A stretch of DNA of 49,926 nt from Candidatus Zixiibacteriota bacterium (lineage in GTDB: Bacteria; Zixibacteria; MSB-5A5; WJJR01), in contig JAVHPP010000049.1 of the NCBI GenBank assembly GCA_036170655.1, forward strand, positions 1 to 49,926, given 5' to 3'. Below the pieces are notes generated by a model that saw nothing but the letters and a program-made list of their open reading frames with translations, did no database searches and was not told the origin of the DNA. Positions 45,726-49,926 of this stretch are shown here, piece by piece. A program made the position numbers and the translations under genes. Position 1 is the stretch's first letter. The number at the start of each line of letters is the position of its first letter.

Positions 45726-47164
45726 AAGACGTCTACAAGAAGCCCGACTCATTCTATGAGTTTTTCACGCGCAGCGCCGCGCCCGATAAGGAAGCAACCC
45801 ATTACTGCCCCGGCTGCGGGCATGGAAACCTTCATAAGCTGGTTGCCGAGGCGCTCGACGATCTGGGCATCACAGACCGCACGGTTTTCGTCTCGCCGGT
45901 TGGTTGCTCGGTTTTCGGTTACTACTATTTCCGGGTTGGCAACGTGCAGGCGGCGCATGGCCGGGCGCCGGCGGTGGCCACCGGCATCAAGCGCGCCCTC
46001 CCCCACTCGATTGTTATCTCCTATCAGGGTGATGGCGACTTGGCCGCCATTGGCGGCAACGAGATCCTTCAGGCCGCCAACCGGGGTGAGTCGCTGACCG
46101 TTATTTTCGTGAACAATGCCATCTACGGTATGACCGGCGGGCAGATGGCGCCGACCACATTGCTCGGCCAGAAAACGACGACGACGCCCTATGGACGCAA
46201 CGCGGCCAATGAGGGGTATCCTCTCCGTGTGTGTGAGCTGCTATCCACGCTCACGGCGCCGGTTTATATCGAGCGCTGTACACTGGAAGACAGCAAGACC
46301 ATCATGAAGACGCGGAAGGCGATCCGCAGGGCCATACAGAATCAGATCGAGAATCGCGGTTTCTCGCTTGTGGAGGTGCTCAGTCCCTGTCCGACCGGAT
46401 GGGAACTCGAACCCACGGCGTCGCGTGAGTGGATCACCGATAACATGGTGTCCGTGTTTCCTCCTGGTATCTATAAGGACCGCACCGATGCGGAACCTTG
46501 CCCGGTCCTGTCACATCCCGAGCTCACGGCGGAGCAATTGTACCAGGCCATGGGCATAAACGCTCGTGACGAGGAGCACATACACGCTGTGCCCACCGAT
46601 TTCCCCACGCATGAAGTCGTGCTTGCCGGCTTTGGTGGGCAGGGGGTTCTCCTGTTGGCGCGGCTCCTGGCAAAGTCATGCATGCGCGAAGGAAAATATG
46701 TCTCCTGGCTGCCCTCCTACGGTCCCGAAATGCGCGGGGGTACCGCGAACTGCCATGTTGTGGTCTCGCGCAAACGGATCGGTTCACCATTTGTTCCCGA
46801 TCCCAGTCTGTTGGTTGCCATGAACCAGCCCTCACTGGAGAAATTCGCAGCCTCCGTCAAACCGGGTGGTCTGGTCGTCTACGACAGCTCCTTCATCAAG
46901 ACCGCCACGCTCCCGGCGCATGTGCGTGCGGTCCCGGTGCCGTTCTCTGAAATCGCCAACCAGATCGGCAACCCCAAGGTTGCCAACATGGTGGCCGCCG
47001 GGACGATCATCGCACTGACCGGAATCACCGATGAGTCGGCGATGATTGGCTTGATTCGGACGCTCCGAAAGAAAGATCTGATCGAGGTCAATCTGAAGGC
47101 GCTGGCGGCAGGACGAGAGGCGGCAACAACCGTAGGGACTGCGACGGGCGCTGCCGCTCGGTGA
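45722..47164 (+). CDS. 2-oxoacid:ferredoxin oxidoreductase, fused beta and gamma subunits
   Basis: YCPGCGH, HGRA, GDGD TPP-binding motif, [11 protein letters not shown]; then [16 protein letters not shown] (gamma). Confidence 0.9.
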   Translation: MKDVYKKPDSFYEFFTRSAAPDKEATHYCPGCGHGNLHKLVAEALDDLGITDRTVFVSPVGCSVFGYYYFRVGNVQAAHGRAPAVATGIKRALPHSIVISYQGDGDLAAIGGNEILQAANRGESLTVIFVNNAIYGMTGGQMAPTTLLGQKTTTTPYGRNAANEGYPLRVCELLSTLTAPVYIERCTLEDSKTIMKTRKAIRRAIQNQIENRGFSLVEVLSPCPTGWELEPTASREWITDNMVSVFPPGIYKDRTDAEPCPVLSHPELTAEQLYQAMGINARDEEHIHAVPTDFPTHEVVLAGFGGQGVLLLARLLAKSCMREGKYVSWLPSYGPEMRGGTANCHVVVSRKRIGSPFVPDPSLLVAMNQPSLEKFAASVKPGGLVVYDSSFIKTATLPAHVRAVPVPFSEIANQIGNPKVANMVAAGTIIALTGITDESAMIGLIRTLRKKDLIEVNLKALAAGREAATTVGTATGAAAR

Positions 47165-47248
47165 ACTCACGTCAGATGACGGCCGAGACATGAAACGGCC
47201 GTGGGCGCGGCGCGACGACATGCTTCAAACGAAAATGGTGGGTGGATC

Positions 47249-48358
47249 ATGCACATAGGCGTGGTGAAGCAGATCCAGTTGCAAGAGCGCCGGTTGCCTC
47301 TGGTTCCCGCCGGTGCGCATCTGCTGGTGGAACGTGGGCATGTTGTTCACGTTGAGCATGACGCGGGACTGGCGGCCGGATTTGCTGACGAACAATTCCA
47401 GTCGGCCGGCGCCAACATCGTTTATTCGCGGGCCGAAGCCATTGGCCGCGCCCAGTTGGTCTTAGGCGTCGCGCCGGTCCAGCCTGAGGATATCCCGCTT
47501 CTGGTCCCGGGCCAGACCGTGATGACCTTCGGTCACCTGGTGACGCTCCGTCCGGAGACGTTCCAGGGGCTGTGTGACAAAGCGATCACCGCCGTTGCCT
47601 ATGAGTTGATCGAGAACGACCAGCAGCGCCGCCCGATTGTCGAAGTCATGGGAGAGATTGCCGGTTCGATGGCCATCACGATGGCGGCGCGGTTTCTTGA
47701 AGGCCATCAGGGTGGAAGGGGCATTTTGCTGTCTGGTCTCCCTGGCATCCCGCCGGCCAGCGTCGTCGTCATCGGCGGGGGAAACGTGGGTATGGCGGCT
47801 GTCCGTGCCGCCCTCGGGCTTGGGGCCCAGGTTGTTCTCTTCGACAAAGACCCCGAGCGCCTCCGGTTGGCGGTGCAACTCTTTGACCGCCGTGTCACTA
47901 CTTATTTCAGTTATCGCTATAACTTGGAACGGGCGCTGCGTTATGCCGATGTGGTTATCGGCGCGGTCTGGGTGTACGGTGGCCGCCCGCCGATTCTGAT
48001 CACACGTGAGATGGTGCACAGCATGAAGCCGGGGAGTGTCATCGTTGACTGCTCCATTGACCAGGGGGGAATCTGTGCGACAGGACGCCCCACATCCTTT
48101 GCTGATCCCGTCTTTGTGGTAGATAGGGTGATCCACTGTTGTATCCCCAATATGCCTGCGACAGTGGCAAGAACTGCTTCTTTTGCTTTGGCCAATGCCC
48201 TATTCCCGTATGTCAAGAATCTGGCCGAAGGGGGCGTTGAGAAAGTGCTGTGCGATCAACCGCGCTTTGGTCAGGGGATCTACATCCGCGATGGCCACAT
48301 GACTCACCCGGGTCTGGAACTCTGTGCGTCGCCCGAACCAGTGACCACCCGTCGCTGA
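47249..48358 (+). CDS. ald: Alanine dehydrogenase family protein (divergent)
   Basis: AYELIE, MGEIAG, GGRGILLSG.PG, GGGNVG, DCSIDQGG, PNMPA.VARTAS.AL.N. Confidence 0.75.
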   Translation: MHIGVVKQIQLQERRLPLVPAGAHLLVERGHVVHVEHDAGLAAGFADEQFQSAGANIVYSRAEAIGRAQLVLGVAPVQPEDIPLLVPGQTVMTFGHLVTLRPETFQGLCDKAITAVAYELIENDQQRRPIVEVMGEIAGSMAITMAARFLEGHQGGRGILLSGLPGIPPASVVVIGGGNVGMAAVRAALGLGAQVVLFDKDPERLRLAVQLFDRRVTTYFSYRYNLERALRYADVVIGAVWVYGGRPPILITREMVHSMKPGSVIVDCSIDQGGICATGRPTSFADPVFVVDRVIHCCIPNMPATVARTASFALANALFPYVKNLAEGGVEKVLCDQPRFGQGIYIRDGHMTHPGLELCASPEPVTTRR

Positions 48359-48399
48359 CCACCGCCTTTCATGCAAAATCCGCTCGGATCGAGATCGAT

Positions 48400-49749
48400 A
48401 TGCCAGCCACCGACCACGCCATTCCAACTCTACCGACGCCACCTCTGCGCACACCCACGTGGGCCGAAGAGTACCGGCGCAAGTTGACCAGCGCGGCGGG
48501 AGCATTGCAGTGTGTTCGATCGGGTCATCGTGTTTATGTGCATCCCGGCTGTGCGGAGCCGGAGTCTCTGGTCGAGGCGCTCGTCGGACGCAAAGATGAG
48601 TTGCGGGATGTCGAGGTCGTTCACATTCTGACCATGGGATCGGCTCCCTACCTGGCCGCGGAGATGGAGGGACATTTCCGCCACCGCTCGCTGTTCACGG
48701 GCAAGAACGCCCGCGAGGCGGTCAATGAAGGCCGTGCCGACTACACGCCCATCTTCCTCAACGAGATTCCGGCGTTGTTTTCTGATGGCACGCTGCCCAT
48801 CGATGTCGCGCTGATTCAAGTGTCGCTGCCCGATGAGCATGGCTTCTGCTCGTTTGGCGTCGGTATCGACATCACCAAACCAGCGGCGGAGAACGCCCGG
48901 ATTGTTGTGGCTGAAATGAACCGGCAGACGCCGCGCACGCTGGGCGATAGCTTCATTCATCTCCACAAACTCGATTATATCGTCGCTGTCGACCGGCCGA
49001 TGCTGGAATTGCCCCGGCTGCGCATGACTGACCTGCACTCGCAGATCGGCGCCCACGTGGCCGATCTCATCGAGAACGGCTCGACGCTGCAGATGGGCAT
49101 CGGTGGAATCCCCGACGCCGTTCTCTTTCATCTCCAGGGGAAGAAGGACCTGGGCGTCCACACCGAGATGTTCTCCGATGGTGTGATCGAGCTGGTCCGT
49201 CAGGGTATCATCAACAACGAGAGAAAGACCCTCCATCCGGGGAAGATGGTCGCCTCGTTCGTCCTGGGTTCGCGCACCCTCTACGACTTCATCGACAACA
49301 ACCCCATCTGCGAGTTTCATCCGGTTAATTATGTCAACGATCCGTTTGTCATCTCGCAAAACGAAAAGATGGTCGCCATCAACTCGGCGTTGCAGGTCGA
49401 TCTGACCGGCCAGATCTGTGCCGACTCGATTGGGTATGCGATTTATTCGGGAATCGGCGGTCAGGTGGATTTCATCCGTGGCGCAGCGCGTTCGCGGGGA
49501 GGAAAACCCATCATCGCCCTTCCCTCAACGGCGAAAAATGACACCGTGAGCCGGATCGCCCTGCATCTGGACGAAGGCGCCGGGGTCGTGACCAGCCGGG
49601 GAGATGTGCACTTTGTTGTGACCGAATACGGCGTGGCCAATCTGCACGGACGCTCGATCCGCGAGCGCGCCAAGGCGCTGATCGACATCGCCCATCCTAA
49701 GTTTCGCGACGAACTCACTGCCCAAGCCCGCAAGGTCAAGTTTCTCTGA
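48400..49749 (+). CDS. Acetyl-CoA hydrolase/CoA-transferase (4-hydroxybutyrate CoA-transferase-like)
   Basis: LQMGIGGIP, HTEMFSDG (catalytic Glu), SGIGGQVDF.RGA, VTEYG, IAHPKFR. Confidence 0.9.
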   Translation: MPATDHAIPTLPTPPLRTPTWAEEYRRKLTSAAGALQCVRSGHRVYVHPGCAEPESLVEALVGRKDELRDVEVVHILTMGSAPYLAAEMEGHFRHRSLFTGKNAREAVNEGRADYTPIFLNEIPALFSDGTLPIDVALIQVSLPDEHGFCSFGVGIDITKPAAENARIVVAEMNRQTPRTLGDSFIHLHKLDYIVAVDRPMLELPRLRMTDLHSQIGAHVADLIENGSTLQMGIGGIPDAVLFHLQGKKDLGVHTEMFSDGVIELVRQGIINNERKTLHPGKMVASFVLGSRTLYDFIDNNPICEFHPVNYVNDPFVISQNEKMVAINSALQVDLTGQICADSIGYAIYSGIGGQVDFIRGAARSRGGKPIIALPSTAKNDTVSRIALHLDEGAGVVTSRGDVHFVVTEYGVANLHGRSIRERAKALIDIAHPKFRDELTAQARKVKFL

Positions 49750-49926
49750 TCCTTCCGAAATTTTCCGCGCTGACGGCGCAGACCTCTCCCAGAAGGGATA
49801 CGTTACCCGCTGCACTGGCGCCGACTGTCGGCGGATTCCCCCAACGTGAAGGGGCAATCCCACAGAAAATCCGCTCTCACCGGCATCTGTTCAGACTCTT
49901 GGTTGCTGCGCAGAAACAGAACAGCG

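Noticed and set aside
49803-49925. Possible 3' end of a minus-strand gene, or a structured RNA, at the window edge
   Set aside because: Only ~40 codons are visible with no motif, and the hairpin there matches no riboswitch I recognise.
1-49926. CRISPR array, rRNA, intact transposase/integrase, selenocysteine read-through
   Set aside because: No regularly spaced repeats, rRNA-like tracts, DDE/Y1/tyrosine-recombinase motifs or in-frame TGA at Cys positions were seen.

Overview
A ~50 kb, GC-rich bacterial chromosome segment made mostly of core metabolic genes. The gene content (FadL porin, lipoproteins, Suf system, Planctomycetes/Acidobacteria-style Rieske/cytochrome b complex, ThyX, VOR-type 2-oxoacid oxidoreductase) indicates a diderm, facultatively respiring or fermenting organism; an uncultured FCB-associated lineage such as Zixibacteria is my inference only. 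In order: a truncated sigma/anti-sigma-like cluster apparently fused to a fragment of a surface-protein gene; a minus-strand operon (SDR epimerase, membrane protein, class V aminotransferase, beta-propeller, TlpA lipoprotein) divergent from a probable serine palmitoyltransferase; tkt; an Rrf2-sufCBD-Rieske-sufSUT-bacilliredoxin operon; ArsR-SRPBCC-DoxX; a GIY-YIG nuclease bracketed by inverted repeats and abutting tRNA-Ser(GCT); a Rieske/split cytochrome b/octaheme cytochrome c operon; uvrA-aconitase-gcvT-comB; FadL plus an esterase-fold lipoprotein lacking its nucleophile Ser, converging on an SGNH protein that also lacks it; M29 aminopeptidase; a MshEN/DUF4388 signalling protein; double-domain ThyX; and vor genes, alanine dehydrogenase and a CoA-transferase. 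The most unusual observations are the FadL/pseudo-esterase pair, the IR-flanked GIY-YIG unit, several REP/dRS3/MITE-like palindromes and the octaheme bc-complex subunit. No CRISPR array, rRNA or intact transposase was seen. All calls come from reading motifs by eye; no database searches were run.
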